Assembly (NCBI GenBank): GCA_963733375.1
Contig: CAVTDB010000009.1
Location: 64,001 to 128,000, forward strand
Reading direction: 5' to 3'
Source: Nitrospirota bacterium
GTDB taxonomy: Bacteria; Nitrospirota; JACRHJ01
Length of the DNA stretch: 64,000 nt
A model generated the notes under the pieces. The model was not told where the DNA came from, did no database searches, and saw only the letters and a program-made list of their open reading frames with translations. This document shows, piece after piece, positions 51,756 to 63,196 of this stretch. The position numbers and the translations under genes are program-made. Each line of letters begins with the position of its first letter. Within the stretch, counting starts at the first letter, position 1.

Positions 51756-53070
51756 ATGTTTCAGCCTCTACTCACAAAAAATTTTCACCTCGGCCATCCG
51801 GCATCGCTGAAGGAGTACGAGGCCTCCGGAGGATACGAGGGGTTAAGGGCCGCGCTGAAGCTAACGCCTGACGACGTGATAAAAACCGTCATCGACTCCG
51901 GTCTCAGGGGCCGGGGCGGCGCGGGCTTTCCCACCGGAAAGAAGTGGAGCTTAACTGACAGGAAGAGCGCGGGGCAAAGGTATTTCCTGGTCAACGCGGA
52001 CGAGATGGAGCCGGGTACTTTCAAGGACCGCTTCCTGATGGAGAACGACCCGCACCAGTTGATCGAGGGCCTGCTCATCAGCGGCTACGCGACGGAAGCG
52101 GGAAAAGGATACATCTTCATCCGGTATGAATATATCGAGGCCGCGCGCGCGCTCGTTAGTGCAATCGAAGAAGCGAGGGGCGCGGGCTACATCGGGGAGA
52201 ACATTCTGGGGAGCGGCTTTTCCATGGACATAACGGTCCACAGAAGCGCGGGCCGGTACGAGTGCGGCGAGGAGACCGCGCTTATGAACGCGCTCGAAGG
52301 AAAGCGGGCGAACCCCCGCTCCAAGCCCCCCTACCCCGCCTCGAAAGGCTTCTGGATGAAACCGACGACCATAAATAACGTCGAGACCGTCGCCAATATC
52401 CCGCACATAATCAATATGGGCGGCAGCGGCTGGAAGTCGGTTGCGGCATACGACGGCGGGGCCGGGACGAAGCTTTACGGGGTTTCCGGGAGGGTAAAGA
52501 AGCCGGGGCTTTTCGAGCTGCCGACCGGGACGACTCTCAGGGAGATAATCGAGACTCACGCCGGCGGGATGCGGGACGGGTATTCCCTGAAGGCCTGTCT
52601 GCCCGGCGGCGCGTCCACTCCGTTCCTCACGCCGGAGCACCTGGACGTGCGGATGGATTTCGATACGGTGTCCAAAGTCGGCTCCCGCATGGGGACCGGG
52701 TGCGTCACCGTGTTCGACAATACCCACTGCATCGTCCGGGCAATGATCAATAATATGATGTTCTTCGTCCAGCGAATCGTGCGGCTGGTGCACGCCCTGC
52801 CGGGACGGGCTTCCGTTCGTTTATAATATCCTCCAGCGGATAGAGGCCGGAGTGGCGGAGATGGACGAACTGGCCGTGCTGGAGGAGAACTGCGACGTAA
52901 TATATCCGAACTCGTTCTGCGCGTTCGCGCCCGGCGCGGTGGACCCGGTAAAGAGCATGCTGAAGCTGTTCCGGCCAGAAGTTGAGGAGCATATAAAACT
53001 GAAAAGGTGTCCGATGAGCCCTCACCCGCTGCCCCTCTCCCGGAGGCGAGGGGTTAAGGAAGGATTCTGA
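51756..53070 (+). CDS. nuoF: NADH-quinone oxidoreductase subunit F (frameshifted)
   Basis: GLRGRGGAGFPTG.KW, NADEMEPGTFKDR, GEETAL, ESCGWCTPCR, FCAFA. Confidence 0.94.
53019..53063 (+). repeat. CCCTCACCC-type palindromic element inside the nuoF 3' end
   Basis: CCCTCACCCGCTGCCCCTCTCCCGGAGGCGAGGGGTTAAGGAAGG. Confidence 0.6.
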
Positions 53071-53085
53071 GCTAAGCGAAGAATC
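53064..53085 (-). repeat. GATTCTTCGCT-type REP-like palindrome, copy 2 (contains the nuoF stop)
   Basis: Reverse complement GATTCTTCGCTTAGCTCAGAAT. Confidence 0.55.
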
Positions 53086-53097
53086 TGATTTAAAACT

Positions 53098-55455
53098 ATG
53101 CCTAAACTGACAATAGACGGCCTGGAAGTCGAGGTCCCTGAAGGATTGAGCGTGCTGGAGGCGGCGAAGAAGCTGGGGATTGTCATCCCGCACTTCTGCT
53201 ACCACGACGCGCTCGGCTCCGTCGGGGCCTGCCGGCTGTGCGCCATGAAGTTCATCGAAGGCCCGGTGAAGGGCGTCCAGATGTCGTGCATGGTGAAGGC
53301 CGCGGACGGCATGGTGGTCCAGACGGCGGACCCTGACGCCATGCGCGTGCGGCGTATGGTTATCGAGTGGCTGATGACCAACCACCCGCACGACTGCCCG
53401 GTCTGCGACGAGGGCGGCATGTGCCTCCTCCAGGACTACACCATCGCGGGCGGCCACGGGCGGCGCCGGTACAAGGGTAAAAAGCGCACCTATCTCTCCC
53501 AGTACCTGGGCGAGTTCATCGAGCAGGAGATGAACCGGTGCATACAGTGCTACCGCTGTCACCGCTTCTACCGCGACTATGCCGGGGGCAAGACTTCGGG
53601 ACGAAGAGGATCGCGAACCAGACATTCTTCGGCAGGTTCAAGGACGGCTGGCTTGAGAGCGAGTTCTCGGGCAATCTGGCGGACGTATGCCCCACGGGCG
53701 TATTCACGGACAAGACTTACCGCTTCAAGGGCCGGATATGGGAGCTTGAAACCGCGCCTTCCGTCTGCCCGCACTGCGCGCTCGGCTGCAATACCATCCC
53801 GGGCGCGAAGCTTCGGGAACTGGTGGTCATAAAGGCGCGGGAGAACCTGAAAGTCAACGGCTGGTTCATCTGCGACCGGGGGCGGTTCGGATACCGCTCC
53901 CTGTCTTCGCAGGACAGGCCGAGGAAGTTCCTTGTAAATGGACAGGCGAAGGACAAAGACGATGCGGCGAAGGCGGCGGCCAGGATAATATCCGACACCC
54001 TTGCCGGTCACGGTCCAGGCTCGGTAGCGTTCATGGGCTCGCCGCGTACGAGCGTCGAAAATAATTATGCCCTGAGGTAAGCTCGCGGCCCTGATGGGGA
54101 CGGAAAATATCTGCTACTCCGCCGATCCCATGCGCGAAAGAAAAGACAGGCTTGCGGTCTCTAATCTAAAACCGGCCAATGGCCGGTCGCTTCGGGACGT
54201 GGAGTTTTCCGATTTCATAATCGCGGTCGGAGCGGACCCGGTAAACGAGGCGCCGATGCTGGCGCTTATGATGCGGCAGGCGGCGAGACGCGGCGCGAGG
54301 ATAACAGTAATAGACCCGCGTCCCGTGAAGCTGCCGTTTGATTTCACGCACGTCCCGGCCTTGCCTGAGGAGTTCAGGGATAAACTGGCGGAGCTGATAA
54401 AAAATGTAGCTATCCCCCCTCCCCCGCCCCTGCCCCGCCGGGGGAGAAGATAACGATAATCTGCGGGACGGACATCGCGGGAGCAGATGCGATAGACGCC
54501 TGCTCCGACTTGGCGGAAAAATCGAACTGCGGCCTTTTCTACACGCTTTCAGCCGCCAACTCGTTCGGGGCCGCCGTCATGGCCGGTAACGGTCCCGATT
54601 TTGAGGATATACTCGCGGGGATAGAGAAGGGCAAGGTAAAAACGCTTATCGCGCTTGAGTCGGACCCGCTCGGAATGTATCCGGACAGAGAAAGGGTGTC
54701 CCAGGCCGTCAAGAAGCTGGAAACACTCATAGTGATGGATTATTTATCCACGCAGACGGCAAGGGCGGCGGACATATTTTTCCCGACGGCGGCATATGCG
54801 GAGATGGACGGGATATTCGTAAACAACGAGGGCCGGGCTCAAGCCTTTGCGCAGCGCGTACATCCCGGGGATCCCCGTGAACACGATGGGGCCGAAGCTG
54901 CACCCGCCGAGGGAATTTGTCCCTGAAGTGCCCGGGCGGTCATACCCGGCGTGGGAATATGCCAGGGATATTGCACGCGTGCTGGAAATTGAATGCGGCG
55001 ACATTGAGTCGCTGGAAGCGATAAGGCAGTCATTGGCAGGTTCAGCGGCCGAGTTCGCATCAATCGGAGAGGTTAATCCGGAATCGCCGGGCGTGGTGAT
55101 AACGGCGGGATACGAATATTCTCCGCCCCCCGTCGCTCCGGCGCTGGCGGGCGAAGGGCTTATACTATATGCAATCGACCTGACTTTCGGCACTGAGGAG
55201 ATTTCTACCCGCTCGGATAAAACCCAGCTTAAGGCGCCCGCCCCGTATGTCCTGATGAATAACGAAGACGCAAGAGAATCGGGGCTTAAAGACGGGGAGC
55301 GGGTAAAAATAACGTCGGGTAATTTAAGCCTCTCATGCGACCTGAAGGTTAGCGGGTCATGCGCGAAGGGCGCGGCGTTCGCGCCTAGGCTGCACGGCTT
55401 TGATGCGGCGGCGCTTTCCGGGAAGAGGGTTAAAATTACCGGAGGCGCAAAGTGA
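53098..55455 (+). CDS. nuoG: NADH-quinone oxidoreductase subunit G (several frameshifts)
   Basis: [57 protein letters not shown]. Confidence 0.92.
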
Positions 55456-56463
55456 GTAATTACGCCATACCGTGGCTCATAATCATCGTAAAGGCCTTCC
55501 TGATCCTTTTCGTGACGCTGACGCTCGCGGCATACATGGTGCTGGCCGAGAGGAAACTTTTAGCGCGTATGCAGAACCGCTACGGCCCGAACCGCGTCGG
55601 TCCGTTCGGCCTTCTCCAGCCGCTTGCGGACGTAATAAAGCTCATCACGAAGGAGGACATCCTGCCGGACCAGGCCGATAAGTTTATCTACTTTATCGCC
55701 CCTGGGGTCGTGGCCGGGACCGTGCTTCTGACCTTTGCCGTGGTGCCGTTCGGGGCGCCTGTTACCGTGAACGGGACCACTGTGGGGATGCCGGTAATAG
55801 ACTTAAACGTCGGGGCGCTTGTATTTCCTCGCCATGTCCTCCCTGGGCGTCTACGGCGTCGCGCTCGCCGGCTGGTCGTCCGGGTCGAAGTACAGTCTTC
55901 TGGGCGGCATACGCGGCTCCGCGCAGATGATTTCCTATGAGCTGTCGATGGGTCTTTCTCTGGTCCCCGTAGTTATGCTGACCGGGTCCTTCAGTTTAAA
56001 CGACATCGTCGCCGCCCAGTCTCACATCCCATTCGTCGTCTATTCCCCGCTCGCCTTTATAATATTCCTGGTGAGCGTCGCGGCGGAGTCCAGGAGGATA
56101 CCGTTCGACCTGGCCGAGGCCGAGAACGAGCTGGTCGCGGGCTACCATACCGAGTACAGCGGGATGCGCTTCGGGCTTTTTTACATAGGCGAGTACGTGA
56201 ATATCATCGTGCTCTCCGCGCTCGCCGTCACCTTCTTCCTGGGCGGATGGCACGGCCCCGGCCCCGAGTGGCTCTCCGTATTCTGGTTCTTCCTGAAGGC
56301 GGCGGTGATAGCGTTCTTCTTCATCTGGATGCGGGCGACCCTCCCAAGGCTCCGTTACGACCAGCTCATGCACCTGGGCTGGAAGTTCCTCGTGCCGCTC
56401 TCGCTTTTGAACGTCCTTCTTACCGGCTTTCTGGCGCTACTGTTTAACTGGGGGCGTCTATGA
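55452..56463 (+). CDS. nuoH: NADH-quinone oxidoreductase subunit H (frameshifted)
   Basis: ERK..ARMQ.R.GP, QPLAD..K...[23 protein letters not shown]. Confidence 0.95.
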
Positions 56464-56984
56464 AGGACCTCTTCACCGGGCTTTTCCAGGCGTTCGCTAC
56501 AACGCTGCGGGAGATGTTCAGGAAGCCCGTGACCATACAGTACCCGGAGCAGAAAAAGCCGCTCTCGGGGCGCGCCCGCTGGCGGATAGTCCTGACGCGC
56601 GACCCGGAAGGCGAGGAGAGATGCGTCGCATGCTATCTGTGCTCGGCGGTCTGCCCGGTCTCCTGCATATCCATGCAGTCCGCGGACAGGGGTGACGGCA
56701 GGCGATATCCAGCCTGGTTCCGCATAAACTTCGCCCGGTGCATACTCTGCGGGATGTGCGAGGAAGCCTGCCCCACGCTCGCCATACAGCTTACGCCGGA
56801 TTACGAGTTCTGCAAGTATAAGGCCCTGGACATGGTCTACGAGAAGGAGGATTTATTAATCGACGGGACGGGGAAGGACCCGGACTACAACTATTACAAG
56901 CACGCGGGCATCGGCGTGGTAAACCCGAAGGGGGAGAACCCGGACGAGTACGGGCCGGTGGACATCAGGAGCAACCTGCCATGA
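56460..56984 (+). CDS. nuoI: NADH-quinone oxidoreductase subunit I
   Basis: [24 protein letters not shown]. Confidence 0.95.
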   Translation: MKDLFTGLFQAFATTLREMFRKPVTIQYPEQKKPLSGRARWRIVLTRDPEGEERCVACYLCSAVCPVSCISMQSADRGDGRRYPAWFRINFARCILCGMCEEACPTLAIQLTPDYEFCKYKALDMVYEKEDLLIDGTGKDPDYNYYKHAGIGVVNPKGENPDEYGPVDIRSNLP

Positions 56985-57478
56985 GCGCGCTCACTTTTTA
57001 TCTTCTTTCGGCGGCGGCGGTCTTTTCTACCCTGATGGCGATATCGAGAAGGGAACTGATACACGCGGTGGTTTATCTCGTGCTGTCGTTCTTTTCGCTC
57101 GCGCTCATCTTCTTCATGATGGGCGCGCCTCTTATCGCCGCGCTGGAGGTGCTGATCTACGCGGGCGCGATTATGGTGCTGTTTCTTTTTATCGTGATGA
57201 TGCTGGAGATGGGCGCGGCCTCCATAAAGTTGACCCCTTTCTGGAAGGTATGGGGGCCGGCGGTCTTTATTGCCTTTATAATACTTCTCAGCATGTCGCT
57301 CCTTTTCTTGGGCACGCCGGAAACCGCGGCCTCCCCCCCTGCGGCGTTCATATCGCCAAGGCAGTTCGGGCACGCGCTGTTCACGAAATATATGCTGGCC
57401 GTGGAAGCGGCGTCGCTTCTGCTCCTCTTCGCGCTAGTTGGCGCGCTGTACCTCGGAAAGAAGGATAACGATTTATGA
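56981..57478 (+). CDS. nuoJ: NADH-quinone oxidoreductase subunit J
   Basis: [16 protein letters not shown]; operon position. Confidence 0.93.
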   Translation: MSALTFYLLSAAAVFSTLMAISRRELIHAVVYLVLSFFSLALIFFMMGAPLIAALEVLIYAGAIMVLFLFIVMMLEMGAASIKLTPFWKVWGPAVFIAFIILLSMSLLFLGTPETAASPPAAFISPRQFGHALFTKYMLAVEAASLLLLFALVGALYLGKKDNDL

Positions 57479-57780
57479 TACCCCCGTTTTCACATGTCCT
57501 GATCCTCTCGGCTATCCTCTTCGGCCTGGGGGTGGTCTGCGTCGCGGTGCGCAGGAACCTCATCATGATACTCATCGGCGTCGAAATTATAATCAACGCC
57601 GCGGGGCTCGCGTTCGTCGCCGGGAGCATGCGCTGGAACATGGCGGACGGACAGATTTTCATGCTGTTCCTGGCGACGATGGCCGCCTCGGAGGTATCGG
57701 TCGGCCTCGCGATGATAGTCTACCTGCACCGTAAAAAGCAGAGCGTCAACATCGACCATTTCGACGACATGAAGGAATAG
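57475..57780 (+). CDS. nuoK: NADH-quinone oxidoreductase subunit K
   Basis: RRNLI.ILIGVE...N, AASE.SVGLA. Confidence 0.93.
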   Translation: MIPPFSHVLILSAILFGLGVVCVAVRRNLIMILIGVEIIINAAGLAFVAGSMRWNMADGQIFMLFLATMAASEVSVGLAMIVYLHRKKQSVNIDHFDDMKE

Positions 57781-59648
57781 ATGCACCCATCTTTTTACAT
57801 GCTGGCGCTCCCGCTCATCGGCGGGATTATAAACGCGGTCCTGGGATGGAAGCTGCCCCGCAGGCTTTCCGAATCCATTGCCTGCGCCTCCATCTTCCTG
57901 TCTTTCGTGTTCTCTATCCTGGCGTTCAGAGTCAGCCTTAAGGCCGATGTCTTCCTGTACAACTGGCTCTCGTTCTCGTGGTTCTCCGCGCCGTTCGCGC
58001 TCAGGCTGGACGCCCTCTCGCTCGTGATGTCCGTGATGGTCACGGGCGTATCTTTCCTCATCCACCTCTACAGCGTCTGGTATATGCGGGACGACCCCTC
58101 GTATGCCCGGTATTTTTCGCTCCTGAACCTGTTCGTGTTCTCCATGCTCCTGCTGGTGACGGCGTCCAACCTGCCGCTCATGTTCGTCGGCTGGGAAGGC
58201 GTGGGGTTTTGCTCGTACGCGCTCATCGGGTTCTGGTATGAAGACCCGGCCAATGCCGACGCGGGCAGGAAGGCGTTCATCGTCACCAGGCTCGGGGACG
58301 TGGCGTTCGGGGTTGCGCTGGTTTGGCTTTTCTATTTCGCCGGTTCAACGGACATAACGGCCATCAATGAAATGGCCGCGGCCTCCATGCCCGCCCGGAC
58401 GGCTTTTATAATCTCCATACTGCTGCTTGTCGGCGCGGCGGGCAAGTCCGCCCAGCTTCCCCTGACAGTCTGGCTGCCTGACGCCATGGCCGGCCCTACT
58501 CCCGTCTCCGCGCTGATACATGCGGCGACGATGGTGACTGCCGGGGCATATCTCCTTATGAGGATGTTCCCCATAATCAGTCTTTCCGAACCGGCCATGA
58601 TGGTTATCGCGGGCCTGGGCGCCGTCACCGCTTTTTACGCCGCGACCGCCGCACTCTACCAGCGGGACATCAAGAGGGTACTGGCCTATTCGACCATCAG
58701 CCAGATCGGTTATATGGTAGTGGCCGTCGGCGCGGGGAGCCTGTCCGCCTCGCTCTTTCACCTCATCGTCACACGCTTTTTTCAAGAGCCTGCTCTTCAT
58801 GGCGGCGGGCTGCGTCATCCAGGCGATGCACGAGGAGCACGACATATTCAAAATGGGCGGGCTGGCCCGGAAGATGCCGCTTGTTTTCGCATGTTTCCTG
58901 GCGGGCGCCCTCGCGCTTGCCGCCGCGCCCGGGACAGGCGGCTTCTTCAGCAAGGACGCCATACTCACCGCGGCGTTCATGCGCGGCGGATGGTTCTACT
59001 ACTCCATTTATGCGCTTGCTGGAGCTGACCGCGCTGCTTACGGTACTGTATATATTCCGCGTGGTATTTGTGGTGTTCGCGGGTCCGGAGAAGAAAGCGC
59101 CCGCAAGGATTCCCTGGGCCATGCCGGTGATACTCGTGCCGCTTGCCATATTGAGCATTGTCGGCGGGCGCGTTGACATGCCTGCGCTTTTCGGGGGTTC
59201 CGAGAGGCTCACGAGTCTTTTGCGCGCGCAGGGGCTGGCGGGAGAGGCGGTGGCGTCTGCGCCTGGCTTAAGCCTTCAGGTCATTGCCGCGCTTGTATTC
59301 GCGGCCGGCCTTGCGGCGGCATATTATTTCTATGTCGCCAGGCCTGAAAAACGGGAAGCCATGGCAACCGGACATGCCCGCCTCATCGACTTCATGGGGA
59401 AGGCCTGGCGCCTGGACGAGCTGTATTACAGGATATTTGTCCGCCCGTACAGGAAGATGGCGGATATCCTCTGGGTGCAGATTGACGAGGCTTCCATAGA
59501 CGCCTCGCTTGAGAAGACGGGAGAGGGCTTCGCGAGGCTTGGGACCTGGCTTCGCGGGGGCGTCACCGGCAAGGCCGCCGCGTATATCTCCTCCTTAGCT
59601 GCCGGGGCGGCGATTATCCTCGTCTATTTCTTGTGGGGGATGAAATGA
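57781..59648 (+). CDS. nuoL: NADH-quinone oxidoreductase subunit L (frameshifted)
   Basis: GWEGVG, GKSAQLPL..WLPDAMAGPTPVSALIHAATMVTAG, GFFSKD. Confidence 0.95.
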
Positions 59649-61153
59649 GCGGGGCGCTTACGTTCCTCATATTCCTCCCGGCCCTGGCCGCCCTTCTGCT
59701 TCTTTTCGAGAAGAACGCGAAAATCGTCCGGTGGCTTGCCGTGTTCATTACCCTTGACGAGCTTATCGTCTGCCTCGGCCTGTACTGGCTCCGCTGGCAG
59801 GGGATGATGTTCTCCGGCCCGGACTTTCTTTATCTGGACCACCTCTGGATATCCCGGTTCGGGATACATTACGCGCTTATGATGGACGGGGTGAGCCTTC
59901 TGCTTGCGACTCTCACCGCGTTTTTGTTCCTGCTCTCGGTGCTTGCCTCCTGGAACCAGGTAAAGGAGCGGGTAGTGTTGTTCCACTGCATGCTGCTTTT
60001 CCTGGAGACAGGTATAATGGGCGTGTTCCTTTCAGCCGACCTCTTCCTGTTCTATATGTTCTGGGAGGTGATGCTCATCCCGATGTTCTTCCTTATCGGC
60101 ATTTGGGGGCACGGACGGAGAATATATTCCGCAGTAAAATTCTTCGTCTTCACCATTTCCGGAAGCCTTCTGATGCTGCTCGCCATAATCGGGATTTACA
60201 TCCTGCACGGCAGGCAGACCGGCGTATATACTTTTCTGCTCCAGGACCTTATCGGAACCACGGTATCGCCGGCGCTTTCGGCGGCGCTGTTCCTCGGGTT
60301 CCTCCTGGGGTTCGCCGTCAAGGTGCCGCTGTTCCCGCTTCATACCTGGCTCCCGGACGCCCACACAGACGCCCCGACGGCTGGAAGCGTCATCCTTGCC
60401 GGGCTGCTTCTGAAGACCGGCGCGTACGGTCTGCTCCGGGTGGCGTTTCCGCTTTTCCCGCAGGCTGCTAAGGCATTCCTGCCCCTGATATTTACAGTCG
60501 CAGTCATAGGCATATTCTATGCCTCCTGGGTCGCGCTTGCGCAGAAGGACATGAAAAGGCTGATTGCATACTCCAGCGTATCCCATCTGGCATATGTGGT
60601 GCTGGGGATTGCTGTCTGGAACGAGGTGTCGTTAGCTGGCTCGGTGCTCCAGATGGTGAACCACGGCATCACGACCGGCGCGCTTTTTATAATGGTCGGG
60701 ATGATGGACGAGAGGATGCATACCCGCGATATGAGAGCGTACGGAGGGTTGTGGTCGCAGGCCCCCGCCCTGTCCGCGTTCTTCCTGTTCTTCGTGCTCT
60801 CCTCTCTGGGGCTGCCGGGCCTTAATAATTTCGCCGGGGAGTTCCTCATCCTTACCGGGGTCTTCCGGGCGCACCCGTACCTCTCCGCGGCAGGTTTCCT
60901 GGGGATGGTCTCTACCCTCATATACCTGCTGTCGCTTGCCCAGAAGGTGCTGTTCGGCCCGCCGAAAGACTACACGGCTATCGGCTTCGGCGACTTATCG
61001 GGGCGGGAATTGGCGGTATTAATCCCGCTTGCCATACTCGTAGTGCTCATCGGGGTCTATCCGCACGTTCTCCTGCGCGTTCTGGAAATGCCGGTCAGGG
61101 ACATGGTAAACGCGGCCTCGCTAAGCACATATGCCGGCGGGGTAGCGCCATGA
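59645..61153 (+). CDS. nuoM: NADH-quinone oxidoreductase subunit M
   Basis: FWEVMLIPM, KVPLFPLHTWLPDAH, LIAYSSVSH, LPGLNNFAGE. Confidence 0.96.
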   Translation: MSGALTFLIFLPALAALLLLFEKNAKIVRWLAVFITLDELIVCLGLYWLRWQGMMFSGPDFLYLDHLWISRFGIHYALMMDGVSLLLATLTAFLFLLSVLASWNQVKERVVLFHCMLLFLETGIMGVFLSADLFLFYMFWEVMLIPMFFLIGIWGHGRRIYSAVKFFVFTISGSLLMLLAIIGIYILHGRQTGVYTFLLQDLIGTTVSPALSAALFLGFLLGFAVKVPLFPLHTWLPDAHTDAPTAGSVILAGLLLKTGAYGLLRVAFPLFPQAAKAFLPLIFTVAVIGIFYASWVALAQKDMKRLIAYSSVSHLAYVVLGIAVWNEVSLAGSVLQMVNHGITTGALFIMVGMMDERMHTRDMRAYGGLWSQAPALSAFFLFFVLSSLGLPGLNNFAGEFLILTGVFRAHPYLSAAGFLGMVSTLIYLLSLAQKVLFGPPKDYTAIGFGDLSGRELAVLIPLAILVVLIGVYPHVLLRVLEMPVRDMVNAASLSTYAGGVAP

Positions 61154-62595
61154 CGGTTATGGACTTCCATCGGCTCCTGCCGTATATGGTGCTCGGGATG
61201 GGGGCGGTCCTTATCCTCCTGCTGGGTGCGTTCTGGCGGTCCTTGGGCCCACGGCGTCTGAATATCCTGGGCGCGGCCATCGCGCTCGCCGCCGGGATCT
61301 CGGCGATATATACCCAGCCTTCCCAGGCCGAAATCGGTAACCTGCTGAGATACGACAGCTTCGGCAGGTTCTTCACCGCCGCATCGTCTTTCATCGCCTG
61401 CGTCTCACTTTTATTCTCCTCCGGGTACTCGACAAGGAGGCCCATCGGAGATGAGGAATTTCCCTCACTCGCCCTCTTCGCGGCATTCGGGATGTCGCTT
61501 CTCGCGTCCTCCTCGAACCTCCTTGGCGTGTTCCTGGGGCTTGAGAGCATGTCGCTTTCGCTCTACGTCATGCTGGCAAGCAACAAGTCGGACCCCCTGT
61601 CCGGAGAGTCCGGCCTGAAATACCTGATAATCGGCGCTATCTCCACCGCCTTCTTCGCGTACGGTCTCGCGCTGATCTACGCCGATACGGGCACGCTCTC
61701 TCTCGCCGGTTCGATTTCGTCTCTTTCAAGGGGTCAGGCAATCGGCGGCGTCGGCCTTGCCGGGTGGGCGATGCTTGTCGTGGGACTCGGGTTTAAGACG
61801 TCGCTCTTCCCGTTCCACCTCTGGGCCCCGGACGTCTATCAAGGCGGCCCCGCGCCGACTGTCGGTTTCCTGTCCACCGCGTCGAAGGCCTCGGTCTTTG
61901 CCGTATTCCTTAAGTTCACCCACGCCGCGGGGGCGGCATGGGGCGAGCTGTCCGTCGTACTTTGGGTCATGGCCGTTTTTACCATGGCCTTCGGAAATAT
62001 CGCCGCCCTTACCCAGAACAACGTCAAGCGGCTGTTGGCGTACTCTTCTATCGCCCAGATGGGATATGTCCTGGTAGCGCTTATCGCGGCTCCCGAGAGT
62101 GGCCAGTCGGCGGCTATATTCTATCTTGTCGCCTATAGCGCGATGGAGCTTGGAGCTTTCGGCGCAATCTCCGCATTCTCCGGAAAAGAGGGCGAGTTAG
62201 GCGACATAAGGGCCATTAAGGGAGTGGGCTTCAAATATCCGCTCAGGAGCGCCGCGCTCTCCATTTGTTTAATCTCGCTGGCCGGGCTTCCTCCGACGGC
62301 AGGGTTCATCGGAAAGTTCGGGATATTCTTTTCGGCCATGAGCGCCGGATATGTCTGGCTGTCTATAATAGGCATCCTGACGGCGATAATCTCCGTCTAT
62401 TATTATCTGCGCGTGGTCGTGTTCATGTACATGCGCGAAGAGGAAAAACAGGCGCTAACGGCCGCCGCGTTTCCCGCGGTCGATTTCCCCGCGGGGTTTG
62501 CCCTTGCCGCCCTTTCGGCAATAGTCATTTACCTGGGAATATTCCCCGGAAAATTGTTGGACTTAATCGCCTCCCTCGGGCAGTTGACCATTTAA
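61150..62595 (+). CDS. nuoN: NADH-quinone oxidoreductase subunit N
   Basis: ESGLKY, FK....PFHLWAPDVYQG, KRLLAYSSIA, AGLPP..GF.GK. Confidence 0.96.
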   Translation: MTVMDFHRLLPYMVLGMGAVLILLLGAFWRSLGPRRLNILGAAIALAAGISAIYTQPSQAEIGNLLRYDSFGRFFTAASSFIACVSLLFSSGYSTRRPIGDEEFPSLALFAAFGMSLLASSSNLLGVFLGLESMSLSLYVMLASNKSDPLSGESGLKYLIIGAISTAFFAYGLALIYADTGTLSLAGSISSLSRGQAIGGVGLAGWAMLVVGLGFKTSLFPFHLWAPDVYQGGPAPTVGFLSTASKASVFAVFLKFTHAAGAAWGELSVVLWVMAVFTMAFGNIAALTQNNVKRLLAYSSIAQMGYVLVALIAAPESGQSAAIFYLVAYSAMELGAFGAISAFSGKEGELGDIRAIKGVGFKYPLRSAALSICLISLAGLPPTAGFIGKFGIFFSAMSAGYVWLSIIGILTAIISVYYYLRVVVFMYMREEEKQALTAAAFPAVDFPAGFALAALSAIVIYLGIFPGKLLDLIASLGQLTI

Positions 62596-62614
62596 CTTAG
62601 CATAGATTAAGCCG

Positions 62615-62650
62615 AAAAAAAAGGGCCCCGTGACGGGCCCTTTTTTTATT
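62615..62650. terminator. Bidirectional intrinsic terminator between nuoN and the cytochrome gene
   Basis: AAAAAAAAGGGCCC-CGTGAC-GGGCCCTTTTTTT. Confidence 0.85.
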
Positions 62651-62686
62651 TCCGTCCCCCCGAATGCGGGAATGACGATATATCGT

Positions 62687-63007
62687 TTACCTGAAATTGC
62701 TTTCTATGTATTCGGCGATGGCTTTGGCATCTTTGTCCGGGAGCGTCTTCTTGTCGAACTTCGTCATGCCGGGACCCGGATTACGCATCTTCTTCACGAT
62801 GTCACTCGCCGACTTTACCCCGTTATTCTCTCTATCTTTCCTCGATAGAGTCTTCTGCGGGTTTATGATGTTGCCGCCGTCTTTATGGCAGGCGGCGCAG
62901 TTCGCTTCGAAGAGCGCCTTCCCGTCGGGCTTTGCGGCATGTGCGGCGGTGGCGGCGGTGGCGGCGAAAACGAGGCCAAGCGAGAGTGCTATTATTTTCT
63001 TGCGCAT
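62687..63007 (-). CDS. Periplasmic monoheme cytochrome c (c6/c553-like)
   Basis: Sec signal (AHA), GKALFEANCAACH..GGNIINPQKTL, GMTKF Met ligand. Confidence 0.9.
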   Translation of the reverse strand: MRKKIIALSLGLVFAATAATAAHAAKPDGKALFEANCAACHKDGGNIINPQKTLSRKDRENNGVKSASDIVKKMRNPGPGMTKFDKKTLPDKDAKAIAEYIESNFR

Positions 63008-63065
63008 CAGGTGTTCCCTCCTTTGTTTGAGATTTAGTTTATCCGGCGGTTTAAACCTTGTCAAA

Positions 63066-63098
63066 CAAAAAGCCCGCTATCTTTTCAGATAACGGGCG
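63066..63098 (-). terminator. Intrinsic terminator downstream of the lipoprotein gene
   Basis: GCCCGTTATC-loop-GATAGCGGGC + TTTTTG on the minus strand. Confidence 0.6.
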
Positions 63099-63196
63099 AT
63101 GGATCCAGGTACGGACAATTAGCTGACAATTGCGTAAAACGTAATCCGCGCGATTATGACTTCCTAAGCTGCGCGGCTTTCTCCTCGTCGGAGTTA

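Noticed and set aside
1848-59648. Calling the frameshifted genes pseudogenes
   Set aside because: Essential single-copy genes are affected and there is no amino-acid decay; sequencing error is more parsimonious.
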